DNA of 40,283 nt. Origin: Treponemataceae bacterium (GTDB taxonomy: Bacteria; Bacteroidota; Bacteroidia; Bacteroidales; UBA932). The position numbers and the translations under genes are program-made. Of the stretch, positions 28,508 through 37,063 are shown piece by piece. How positions within the stretch are numbered: position 1 is the stretch's first letter; each line of letters opens with the position of its first letter. The stretch spans positions 1 to 40,283 of the forward strand of contig CAVEDD010000001.1 in NCBI GenBank assembly GCA_963614515.1, read 5' to 3'. The notes under the pieces were generated by a model. The model saw only the letters and a program-made list of their open reading frames with translations, made no database searches and was not told the DNA's origin.

Positions 28508-29503
28508 ATGGAATTGACAGCAGGACAGATAGCGGAGGTGTTGAACGGAGATGTCGATGGAGACAGGGACGCCCGGGTGACGACTTTCGCGAGGATAGAG
28601 AACGGGAAGAGCGGCGCGATATCATTTTACGCAAATCCGAAATACGAGAAATATGTCTATGAAAGCAAGGCTTCGGTAATCATAGTGAACCGGAGCTTCG
28701 AGCCGAAACGGACGGTAGGCGCGACGCTCGTGAGAGTCGATGACGCATACTCCGCAGTGGCGCTGCTTCTTGAATATGTCACCGCGCAGAAGAAGAAATA
28801 TTTCCGCCACCGCGGAAGCCGCTGCCACGTGGCCTTCTCCTCGAAGATAGGCAGGAAAGTCTATGTCGGCGATTTCGCGTATATAGGAAAGAAGGCGAAA
28901 GTCGGGGACTGTACGAAAATCTACGAACAGGTCTATGTGGGCGAAGGCGCGACAATCGGGAAGAACTGCATACTCTACCCGGGCGTGAAGATTTATCCCG
29001 GGATGGTCATCGGCGACAACGTAATCATCCACGCGAACGCGGTCATCGGGGCCGACGGTTTCGGATTCGCTCCGCTCGAGGACGGGACATACAGGAAAAT
29101 CGAGCATACGGGGAACGTCATCATCGAAGACAATGTGGAAATCGGAGCGAACACCTGCGTGGACAAGTCACAGATCGGCTCCACCATTATTCATAAAGGG
29201 GTTAAAATAGACAACCTCTGCCAGATTGCGCACAATGTCGAAGTGGGCGAAAACACGGTGATGAGCGCGATGGTCGGCATCGCCGGCTCGACGAAGGTCG
29301 GGGAGCACTGCATCTTCGCCGGGCAGGCCGGAATCGCCAACGGGCTGAAAGTCCCGGCACATACGACGCTCGGAGCGCAGACAGGTCTCATCGGAAGCCC
29401 CAAGAACGAAGGGGAGGTGCTCTTCGGAACGCCGGCCCTCCCGCACAGGGATTTCCTCAGGGCGTACGCAATCTTCAGAAAGAGCGGAAAAAGCGGGAAA
29501 TAG
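28508..29503 (+). CDS. lpxD: UDP-3-O-(3-hydroxyacyl)glucosamine N-acyltransferase
   Basis: Start MELTAGQ (28508); 'ISFYANPKY', hexapeptide repeats, 'DGFGF', '[12 protein letters not shown]'. Confidence 0.97.
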   Translation: MELTAGQIAEVLNGDVDGDRDARVTTFARIENGKSGAISFYANPKYEKYVYESKASVIIVNRSFEPKRTVGATLVRVDDAYSAVALLLEYVTAQKKKYFRHRGSRCHVAFSSKIGRKVYVGDFAYIGKKAKVGDCTKIYEQVYVGEGATIGKNCILYPGVKIYPGMVIGDNVIIHANAVIGADGFGFAPLEDGTYRKIEHTGNVIIEDNVEIGANTCVDKSQIGSTIIHKGVKIDNLCQIAHNVEVGENTVMSAMVGIAGSTKVGEHCIFAGQAGIANGLKVPAHTTLGAQTGLIGSPKNEGEVLFGTPALPHRDFLRAYAIFRKSGKSGK

Positions 29504-29524
29504 CGGAATTATGGAAAATTTACT

Positions 29525-29532
29525 TACCTTTG
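29525..29532 (+). promoter_or_regulatory. Internal -7 promoter element TACCTTTG upstream of lpxC
   Basis: Exact TAnnTTTG match in the 132-bp intergenic region. Confidence 0.6.
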
Positions 29533-29635
29533 CGCCCCACAATTGTTGAAAATGGAAATTATTCATTGTCTCGGGTCGTAGATTGCAGGGCGGAAAGGGC
29601 CTGAATCGGCAGAGATTCTGAATCGGATTTTTGAA

Positions 29636-30547
29636 ATGAGAAAGCAGAACACACTTAAGAAGGAATATACGTTCGAGGGCAAGGGGCTTCACAGCGGAAA
29701 GTCGGTGAAGATGACGCTCAAGCCGGCTCCGGCGAACACCGGAATACGTTTCACAAGGACAGACATAGGACAGGATGCGACGGTTGACGCTCTCGCGGAA
29801 AATGTTTCATCGACGGCGCGCAGCACCACGATATCATCCGGGAATGCGGTCGTCGGAACGATAGAGCACCTTCTCTCGGCCCTCACCGGTCTCGGAGTGG
29901 ACAACGTGCTGATTGACATAGACAACGCGGAAGTCCCCATTCTTGACGGAAGCGCGAAGCCCTATGTGGACGCCATCGCCCCGGACGGGCTTGAGGAACA
30001 GGACGAGCCGAGACGCTATGTGACGCTGAAAGAGAAAGTCGAGTACAGGAATCCCGAGACGGGGGCGTACCTGACCATAGAACCGGCTGACACGTTCAGC
30101 TACGGAATCACGATAGACTTCAATTCCAAGGTTCTCGGAATCCAGAGCGCAAGGTTCGACGCCGGTACGGACTACATCCGCGAAATCAGCGCCTGCCGCA
30201 CGTTCTGCTTCTTCCACGAGGTCGAATATCTGCTCGCCAACAACCTCATCAAGGGCGGCGACGTGGACAACGCGCTGGTGATTGTGGAGAACCCAATCAC
30301 CGTGGAACAGCTCAAGAACGTGTGCAGCCACATCGGCAAGCCGGAACTCAAAGTCAAGAACGGCTACCTCAACGAGTCGCTGCATTTCGACAACGAATGC
30401 GCACGGCACAAGCTGCTCGACCTCATCGGAGACCTGCGTCTGACGGGAGGATTCCTTCAGGCGAAAGTGACGGCTTACAAGTCCGGCCACACCATCAACA
30501 CCACGGTCGCGAAACTGGTCCGTGCGGAAGTCGCCGGGAAAAAATAA
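29636..30547 (+). CDS. lpxC: UDP-3-O-acyl-GlcNAc deacetylase (stand-alone, no FabZ domain)
   Basis: 'GKGLHSG', 'TIEHLLSAL', 'PILDGSA', 'HKLLDLIGDL', 'SGH'; 303 aa. Confidence 0.97.
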   Translation: MRKQNTLKKEYTFEGKGLHSGKSVKMTLKPAPANTGIRFTRTDIGQDATVDALAENVSSTARSTTISSGNAVVGTIEHLLSALTGLGVDNVLIDIDNAEVPILDGSAKPYVDAIAPDGLEEQDEPRRYVTLKEKVEYRNPETGAYLTIEPADTFSYGITIDFNSKVLGIQSARFDAGTDYIREISACRTFCFFHEVEYLLANNLIKGGDVDNALVIVENPITVEQLKNVCSHIGKPELKVKNGYLNESLHFDNECARHKLLDLIGDLRLTGGFLQAKVTAYKSGHTINTTVAKLVRAEVAGKK

Positions 30548-30559
30548 AAGGAAAGAAAT

Positions 30560-31378
30560 ATGAGTACGACCATCCATCCGCTCGCCTGCGTTCATCCGAA
30601 CGCCAAGATTGGCGAGAATGTCGAAATCGGGCCTTATGCCTACATCGATGAATTTGTGGAAATCGGTGACGGCTGCCAGATTCTGCCTCACGCCACCATC
30701 TTCAACTATGTGAAGATGGGTCGGAACTGCCGCGTATTCCCGGGAGCCGTCGTGGGGGCGATTCCGCAGGATTTGAAATTCGACGGGGAGGTGACCTATG
30801 TGGAACTCGGAAACAATGTGACGGTGCGCGAGTGCGCGACCATCAACCGGGGCACCAAGGCCAGCGGCAAGGGAGTGACCAGAGTCGGGGACAACACCCT
30901 GCTTATGTCCTATACGCACGTGGCTCACGACTGTACGGTCGGAAATCATTGCATACTCGTAAGTTACGTGGGCATAGCCGGAGAAACCGACGTTGATGAC
31001 TGGGCGATTCTCGGAGGAAGCACGGTGGCTCACCAGTTCTCGAAAATCGGCAAGCACGCCATGGTCGGCGGCGGTTCCAAAATCAACAAGGACATCCCGC
31101 CTTACGTGCTCTGCGGACGCGACCCTCTCACCTATGCCGGCGTGAACCTCGTGGGACTCCGCCGCAGGGGATTCACCTCCGAGCAGATTCGCAACATCAA
31201 GGATATGTACGACGTGATCTACAACTCCGGAATGAATGTCAGCGACGCGCTCGACAAGATTGAGATCGGATTCCCGGACAGCGAGGAGAAAGCCACGATT
31301 CTCGATTTCATACGGCATTCTTCACGCGGAATCATCAAGGGGCCGAACAATACCGTGAAAACCAGCGAAATGGACTGA
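30560..31378 (+). CDS. lpxA: Acyl-ACP--UDP-GlcNAc O-acyltransferase
   Basis: Hexapeptide repeats, 'PQDLKF', 'HVAHDC', 'GVNLVGLRRRGF'. Confidence 0.97.
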   Translation: MSTTIHPLACVHPNAKIGENVEIGPYAYIDEFVEIGDGCQILPHATIFNYVKMGRNCRVFPGAVVGAIPQDLKFDGEVTYVELGNNVTVRECATINRGTKASGKGVTRVGDNTLLMSYTHVAHDCTVGNHCILVSYVGIAGETDVDDWAILGGSTVAHQFSKIGKHAMVGGGSKINKDIPPYVLCGRDPLTYAGVNLVGLRRRGFTSEQIRNIKDMYDVIYNSGMNVSDALDKIEIGFPDSEEKATILDFIRHSSRGIIKGPNNTVKTSEMD

Positions 31379-31380
31379 GG

Positions 31381-31512
31381 GGAGGAGGATTTGAATAAAA
31401 GGCGGTCTGCGGCGTTGCGCGGCTTGTTCAAATCCTCACAACCGTCAGGTTGCTGCGGTTTGAACTTCGCCGTGCGCCTTGCATCCCATCCTCTTGTTCA
31501 AATCCTCCTTCC
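31381..31512. repeat. Diverged inverted copy of the palindromic element at 64-189
   Basis: Reverse complement shares GATGCAAGGCGC, CCGCAGCAACCT.ACGGTTGTGAGGATT, GCGCAACG..GCAGA.CGCCTTTTATT; own arms GGAGGATTTGAATAAAAGG / CCTCTTGTTCAAATCCTCC. Confidence 0.85.
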
Positions 31513-31547
31513 GGGAGTTTCTTTGATTATGCTTGACACGGCTTTTT

Positions 31548-32279
31548 ATGGTTTTGCTTACTACGGCATATTTCCCGCCGATTGAGTATGTGGCGGCGAT
31601 AGCGAATGAATGCAGGTTCGATTCCGGGAGTGCCGGGATTGAACCTGCATCCGTTTTGATTGAGGCCTGCGAACACTATGTGAAGCAGTCGTGGCGGAAC
31701 CGCTGCCGTTTCTATGCCGCCGACGGGGCGCAGACGCTCAATTATCCGGTCTGCCACGAGGATTTCTGCAAGCCGCTGTCGCAGGTCCGCATCGACTGGA
31801 AGACAGACTGGCTGACGAGACATGAGCGGGCGATTGTCTCAGCCTACCGCACCTCCCCATATTTCGAATACTATCAGGACGAACTTTTCGCCATTCTCGA
31901 AACACGCCCGCTTCTGATGCTCGACTTCAATACGGAAATCCTCCGTTTCGTCCTCCGCAAGACAGGAATTCCGGCCGAAATCCGGTTCACGGACGAATGG
32001 AACGCCCCTAAAGAGGGCGGAACATCCGGCTTCGCGGCCGGCGGACAGAACTCCGGTGCAGCGGATGAGGTCTCCGACCTGCGTGAAGTCATCCACCCGA
32101 AACGCCAGAACACCATCCTGAAAGAACTCGGCCTGGACCGTCCCTACTGGCAGGTCTTCTCCCCGAAATACGGCTTCATCCCGGGACTCTCCATTATGGA
32201 TCTCCTTTTCAACGAGGGCCCGGACAGCATCTGTCATCTGCTGAGTCCCCGGAAACACCGGGCTGATTCCTGTGACTGA
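31548..32279 (+). CDS. WbqC-family protein
   Basis: 'TAYFPP', 'KQSWRNRC', 'SAYRTSPYFEYY', 'YWQVF....GFIPGLSIMDLLFNEGP'; ATG at 31548. Confidence 0.88.
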   Translation: MVLLTTAYFPPIEYVAAIANECRFDSGSAGIEPASVLIEACEHYVKQSWRNRCRFYAADGAQTLNYPVCHEDFCKPLSQVRIDWKTDWLTRHERAIVSAYRTSPYFEYYQDELFAILETRPLLMLDFNTEILRFVLRKTGIPAEIRFTDEWNAPKEGGTSGFAAGGQNSGAADEVSDLREVIHPKRQNTILKELGLDRPYWQVFSPKYGFIPGLSIMDLLFNEGPDSICHLLSPRKHRADSCD

Positions 32280-33015
32280 ACTCGCAGCCGCACCACAGCT
32301 GATTATAGAAGCCGTATTCCCGGATTATCTCCAGCCTGCGCTCCTGGAGGCCGCCTTTGCGCCAATTCTGCTCCCACCAGAGAACCCCTCCTGAAGCCCC
32401 GCCTGCATTTCCTCCGGAATTTCCGCCGGTCTCTCCAATTGCGGCTCCAACGGTCTCTCCGCCGACGGCATTGCGGCGGTTCACCTGTTCCACGGCCCAG
32501 CGCCCGGCCGCGTTTATCTGGTCGAGCGACTTCCACCGCGATGAAGCGAGAGTGGTCGTGAGAACGCTGAAACCATTGGCGGCCGCATATTCGGCAGAGC
32601 GCAGAAGCCTCAGTTTGAAGCACTGCAGGCAGCGCCCTCCCCTTTCCGGTTCGGCGGCGATGTCGGCTATCCCCTCCTCCGACGCCATTCTGCGGACTTC
32701 GGAGAGCCATATGTCGTGATCATAGTCCGCATCGACGATTTCAAGACCGAGAGATTCCGCGTAGCGCGTGCACTCGTTTTTCCGGACAAGATATTCCCGC
32801 TCTGGAAAGATGTTCGGGTTGCAGTAGTAGATGACCGGACGGATTCCGCTCCTCAGCAGACATTCCACAATAGCCGATGAACAGGGGGCGCAGCAGGTGT
32901 GCAGCAGCAGACTGTCCGCGCCTCCCGGAGCTGTCACGGTCAGACCGGACGGATTGACCTTGCCGGAAGCCATAAGCCCGGAAATCATTTTATCATCAGG
33001 AATCCCGCAGGTCAT
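32209..33015 (-). CDS. queH: Epoxyqueuosine reductase QueH
   Basis: 'LLLHTCCAPCS', 'NPNIFP..EY..R', 'PERGGRCLQCF..RL', 'YNQLWCGCEFS'; ATGA overlap with malQ. Confidence 0.92.
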   Translation of the reverse strand: MTCGIPDDKMISGLMASGKVNPSGLTVTAPGGADSLLLHTCCAPCSSAIVECLLRSGIRPVIYYCNPNIFPEREYLVRKNECTRYAESLGLEIVDADYDHDIWLSEVRRMASEEGIADIAAEPERGGRCLQCFKLRLLRSAEYAAANGFSVLTTTLASSRWKSLDQINAAGRWAVEQVNRRNAVGGETVGAAIGETGGNSGGNAGGASGGVLWWEQNWRKGGLQERRLEIIREYGFYNQLWCGCEFSHRNQPGVSGDSADDRCCPGPR

Positions 33016-35573
33016 CTCCCGGCCGTTCTTACAAGTTCCGCGACATTGGCGTTGAAACCTTCCGCGCTCAGGAGAGCCTCAATCGGAAGATGCATGCGGT
33101 AGCGCCAATAGTGGCGGCTGACAGCCGGAATGTTGATGCGCTCGGCGTTCGGGTCGCTCAGACGGAGTTCGCCGTCGATGGACAGCCAGTCCTGAAGCGG
33201 GAGCACGGTCAGCATCGCAGGAGACTCAAGATGCCGTTCTACTATGCAGCGGCAGAGCCACGGCTCGCAGAAGAACGGAGCTTCGCCCGGGAAAAGGGTG
33301 TTGTAGAAACGCTGCGAAAGCGCGCGGTCCTCTTCCCACCACGCCCGTATCGGGTTCATATCGTGGGTCGAGGTGGTGCAGACGCAGAGGTAAGGATAAT
33401 GCTTCGGATCCCCGAATTCGGCCCCGCTGTCCTTTGGCATCCGCTGGATTTCAAGCGAAAGAATCTTCAGCTCGGACATCACCGATGCGACGCAGTCCGG
33501 AATCATCCCGAGGTCCTCGCCGCAGGCGAGCATATCCGTAGCGTGAAGCAGAGCAGGGAGCTTGCTCATCGCGCTCTCCCGCCAGAAATCGTTGTGACGG
33601 CGGTAGAAGAAGTCGTCGTGCAGGCGGTTGAACGCCCTCTGGCGCTGCGGGTCGAGACTGCGGTAGAGATCGGTGTCCTGAGCGCCGATTCTCGGATGCC
33701 AGCAGCCTTTGAGGACAGGGTCTTCCACAAAGAGGACCTCGGTCGGATTGTCAGCCGGGGCGGTCACATATTCGCCGGAAGCGACATCGAAGCCGTCGAA
33801 TGCAAGTTCCTCCGCAGGGTAAGGCAGAGCCGGGCGGAAATGCCCGAGCAGACCGCTGCTGTATTTCAGAGGAATCTCCCAGATGCGGAAGAATCCGAGT
33901 ATGTGGTCGATGCGGAAAGCGTCGAAATACTCCGACATCTTCCTGAGCCTCGCCTTCCACCAGGCGAAGCCGTCCTTGGCCATCTCCTCCCAGTTGTAGG
34001 TCGGAAAACCCCAGTTCTGCCCATCGGCGGCGAACGCGTCAGGCGGTGCTCCGGCCGACTCGTCCATATTGAACAGATGCGGGTGCTGCCAGGCGTCGGC
34101 GCTGGTGCGGGAGATGCCTATCGGGAGGTCTCCCTTGAGCACGACTCCCTTCGAGTGGGCGTATTCGCGCACTTCGGAGAGCTGCCTGTCGAGATGGAAC
34201 TGGACGAAGCAGTGGAAATCCACCTCGTTGCGGTGTTCGGTACAATATTTCTCTATCTTTGAAGCGGAGTATTTCGCATAAGTCTTCCATTTGCTGAAAT
34301 CGGCCGTCCCGAAACTGTCCCGAAGCGTGCAGAATGCGGCATACGGCTCAAGCCAGCTGCGGTTCGCGGCGATGAACGCCTTGTAGGCCTCCGTCTTTGA
34401 GAGTTTTGCGAAAGTCTTTGAGTACACCTCGCGGAGAAGGCGGGTCTTTTCGTTGTTCACCCGTTCATAGTCCACCTGCGGCAGGGAGTTGAGTTCCTCC
34501 TGCAGCGCACGGAACGCGGCGTCGGCTTTCACCCCGGCCGTCTGAAGGTTTATGAACTGCGGATGGAGAGCGAAAGTGGAATTGGCGTTGTAGGGATATG
34601 AGTCCTGCCAGGTCCCGGTCATCACGGTGTCGTTGATCGGGAGAAGCTGGAGTATGCACTGCCCTGTCGCCGCCGCCCAGTCCACCATTTTCTTCAAGTC
34701 GAGGAACTCGCCCACGCCGAAGTCGTCTTCGCTGCGCAGGGAGAAGACCGGAATCGCCGTGCCTGCCCCGCGCCACTTTCTGAGTCCGAAACGGTGGCTG
34801 ATGTCGGACAGTACCGTGAACGCCTCGTCCGAGGCCATGCAGACCCGGTTCTCCCCGCTTTCCCATTCCTTTATCGCGAGAGCCGCATCTTTTGCCCCGT
34901 CTTTTGTAACAAGAGCCTCGCGGTCGGCTATGACAAATTTGTACTCGAAATCCTCCTCGGCACAGACTGCAAGCTTCCACTGCGGGAAATTGCTGTCATC
35001 CATAGGGATGACCCGCTTCCAATCCTCCATTCCCTCGCCGTCCCCGACTATGCACAGCACCTCGTCGCGGCTCACGACCGGGACATTCACGGTTATGAGC
35101 GTGGTTCCTGCGCTCTTCGCCGAGTTCAGGGACGCGGCCGCGCCTTTCGCCGCCCCGTAACACGGAACTGCGTCCGCCGCCCGGGGAAGTCCGCCCTGCG
35201 CCGGGGAATCCTGCTGCGAGGATTCCGGGACTCTCCGGAGGTTCTCACGGGAGAAAATGCCCTTGGTGAAAGCCGATGAGTAGAACGGCGCATCTTCCGG
35301 CTCGTCCTGCCAGCGGTCACGGACGACGATTGAAGTCGAGGCCGCGACCCCGGCGAGATTGAGGGAGTGATGTCTCCACTCCTGTCGCAGAGAACCGTCC
35401 CTGCGGACAAGCTTGAAGCCGTAGCGGTCCAACGCCTCCGCAGAGACTCTGGAAACCTTGGCCGTCCATCTTCCGAAACCGTCGCAGGTCATAGGGATTT
35501 CCCGTTTTCCGAGACACAGCACAAGGGACTCCCCCCACACAGTGTTGTATTCAAGTGAAATGATGAGATTCAT
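33012..35573 (-). CDS. malQ: 4-alpha-glucanotransferase (GH77, DPE2-type, with N-terminal CBM20-like domains)
   Basis: 'GTAIPVFSLRS', 'QLLPINDT', 'LKGDLPIG', 'GQNWGFPTYNW', 'FRIDHILGFFRIW', 'GEDLG', 'STHD'. Confidence 0.95.
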   Translation of the reverse strand: MNLIISLEYNTVWGESLVLCLGKREIPMTCDGFGRWTAKVSRVSAEALDRYGFKLVRRDGSLRQEWRHHSLNLAGVAASTSIVVRDRWQDEPEDAPFYSSAFTKGIFSRENLRRVPESSQQDSPAQGGLPRAADAVPCYGAAKGAAASLNSAKSAGTTLITVNVPVVSRDEVLCIVGDGEGMEDWKRVIPMDDSNFPQWKLAVCAEEDFEYKFVIADREALVTKDGAKDAALAIKEWESGENRVCMASDEAFTVLSDISHRFGLRKWRGAGTAIPVFSLRSEDDFGVGEFLDLKKMVDWAAATGQCILQLLPINDTVMTGTWQDSYPYNANSTFALHPQFINLQTAGVKADAAFRALQEELNSLPQVDYERVNNEKTRLLREVYSKTFAKLSKTEAYKAFIAANRSWLEPYAAFCTLRDSFGTADFSKWKTYAKYSASKIEKYCTEHRNEVDFHCFVQFHLDRQLSEVREYAHSKGVVLKGDLPIGISRTSADAWQHPHLFNMDESAGAPPDAFAADGQNWGFPTYNWEEMAKDGFAWWKARLRKMSEYFDAFRIDHILGFFRIWEIPLKYSSGLLGHFRPALPYPAEELAFDGFDVASGEYVTAPADNPTEVLFVEDPVLKGCWHPRIGAQDTDLYRSLDPQRQRAFNRLHDDFFYRRHNDFWRESAMSKLPALLHATDMLACGEDLGMIPDCVASVMSELKILSLEIQRMPKDSGAEFGDPKHYPYLCVCTTSTHDMNPIRAWWEEDRALSQRFYNTLFPGEAPFFCEPWLCRCIVERHLESPAMLTVLPLQDWLSIDGELRLSDPNAERINIPAVSRHYWRYRMHLPIEALLSAEGFNANVAELVRTAGR

Positions 35574-35639
35574 TATATGTGGTTATCAACTGGTTATGTC
35601 TTCAATGCGATTCCGTTCCGGGATGCCGCGCCGCCCATT

Positions 35640-36998
35640 TCACTGCCCGCCGGAACGGCGCTTCATCTTGTTCCAGTTCAGAACCGGAAGCAAAGTTGCC
35701 AAAAAAGCCGCAACAATCCAAAAAATAGAGACTGCGGTGAAGTCGTTTCCGTTTTCCTGAATCAGATAGCCGCTTGCGATGTCCTGGACGGCCGCCGCCG
35801 CATAGCTCGACACTCCGACCACCCCGAGAGCCGCCCCCGTGGCCTTGCGCGGCACGATGTCGATTGCCATAAGTCCGGCCACGATGCAGTAGAGCACGCC
35901 CATGGCGAAATTGAACAGGGCGACAAAGGCGGTGTTCAGCACGAATCCGCCTCCGGAGAAAAGGAAGAGCGAAAGGGTGGCGATTCCGATAATCCCAGAA
36001 ATCAGGGCCGGACGCATCCTGTCCCCCCTGAACAGCCTGTCAGAAATCCATCCGGCGGAAACCGTTCCGAGCAGTCCGCCGACAAGCGCGGCCACCGCAA
36101 TGATGTTCGACGCCTCCTCCAGCGAGAATGATTTGGCTTTCTGAAGGAATAGCACCCCCCAGCCCGTTATTGCATATTTAGTAATGTATACGAATGCGGA
36201 AGACGCTGCGATGACCCATATCCCCGGATGTCTCAACACCCTTTTCTGAAGGCTCAGCGTCCTCATCGAATCCTCGGGACGCATCTCCTCCCCGGAAAGT
36301 TTCTGGACGGAGGGAAGACCGCAGCTCTCCGGCGTGTCCCTGACGGTCAGAAAGATGAGCAGGGAGCCGGCAAAGCCTACGAGCGCGGCGAGCAGGAATC
36401 CCCACTCCCATCCGAACGAGGCGACGACGGCTGCGATGAGCACGAAGGATATGAATTCACCGATATACGGACTTGTACAGAATATGCTGTAGAATGTTCC
36501 ACGGCGTGACTGCGGGAACCAGCGGGACAGGCTTATGACTCCGGGGGCGGGTCCCATCGACTGGAACCATCCGTTCGCGCCCCAGAATATGACGGCGGAG
36601 AAGAAAAGCGTGGCGTGGGACACCCCGAAGCGAGTCACGCCGATTCCGAGCACGGCGATGACGAGGTTCACGACGGACGAAAGCAGCAGCCCGGCGCCCA
36701 TGAAACGGCGGATGTTGCAGTAGTCGGCGATGAAACCGTTGACGAATTTCCCGAAAGCATAGACCAGAAGCAGGGCGGAGCCTATCAGCCCGAGCTCCCC
36801 GGCGCTCAGCACGCCGCTGTCAATCAGTGGCTGTTTCACCACGCTGAGGCTCATCCGGCAGACATAGTAGAGACTGTAACCGGCAGTGACTCCGATGAAT
36901 GTGCTGCGGCGGACGGACTTATAGACCGCGGTCGTCTTTTCTCCCGGGACGCTCTCCGGCGAAGGACGGCTTATTCTGAAAAATGAATAGAGACTCAT
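35640..36998 (-). CDS. MFS organophosphate:Pi antiporter family transporter (GlpT/UhpC-like)
   Basis: 'GYSLYYVCR', 'YAFGKFVNGFIAD', 'NGWFQSMG', 'WFPQSRRG', 'RDTPES.GLP'; ~12 TM; start reassigned to 36998. Confidence 0.88.
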   Translation of the reverse strand: MSLYSFFRISRPSPESVPGEKTTAVYKSVRRSTFIGVTAGYSLYYVCRMSLSVVKQPLIDSGVLSAGELGLIGSALLLVYAFGKFVNGFIADYCNIRRFMGAGLLLSSVVNLVIAVLGIGVTRFGVSHATLFFSAVIFWGANGWFQSMGPAPGVISLSRWFPQSRRGTFYSIFCTSPYIGEFISFVLIAAVVASFGWEWGFLLAALVGFAGSLLIFLTVRDTPESCGLPSVQKLSGEEMRPEDSMRTLSLQKRVLRHPGIWVIAASSAFVYITKYAITGWGVLFLQKAKSFSLEEASNIIAVAALVGGLLGTVSAGWISDRLFRGDRMRPALISGIIGIATLSLFLFSGGGFVLNTAFVALFNFAMGVLYCIVAGLMAIDIVPRKATGAALGVVGVSSYAAAAVQDIASGYLIQENGNDFTAVSIFWIVAAFLATLLPVLNWNKMKRRSGGQ

Positions 36999-37019
36999 TG
37001 TTCCGTTGAATTGGAACTG

Positions 37020-37027
37020 CAAAGATA
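37020..37027 (-). promoter_or_regulatory. -7 promoter element TATCTTTG for MFS-malQ-queH
   Basis: Exact TAnnTTTG match ~22 nt upstream of the ATG. Confidence 0.65.
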
Positions 37028-37063
37028 GCGATCGGAAACCGTATCCGGGATAAATTTCAGATG

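Noticed and set aside
29534..29635. Riboswitch in the lpxC 5' UTR
   Set aside because: Only a weak stem and a CTGAATCGG direct repeat; no recognisable aptamer or terminator
31612..31627. tRNA T-arm-like GCAGGTTCGATTCC (possible tRNA or att remnant)
   Set aside because: The T-stem does not pair properly, there is no cloverleaf or CCA, and it lies in-frame in wbqC as one arm of a palindrome
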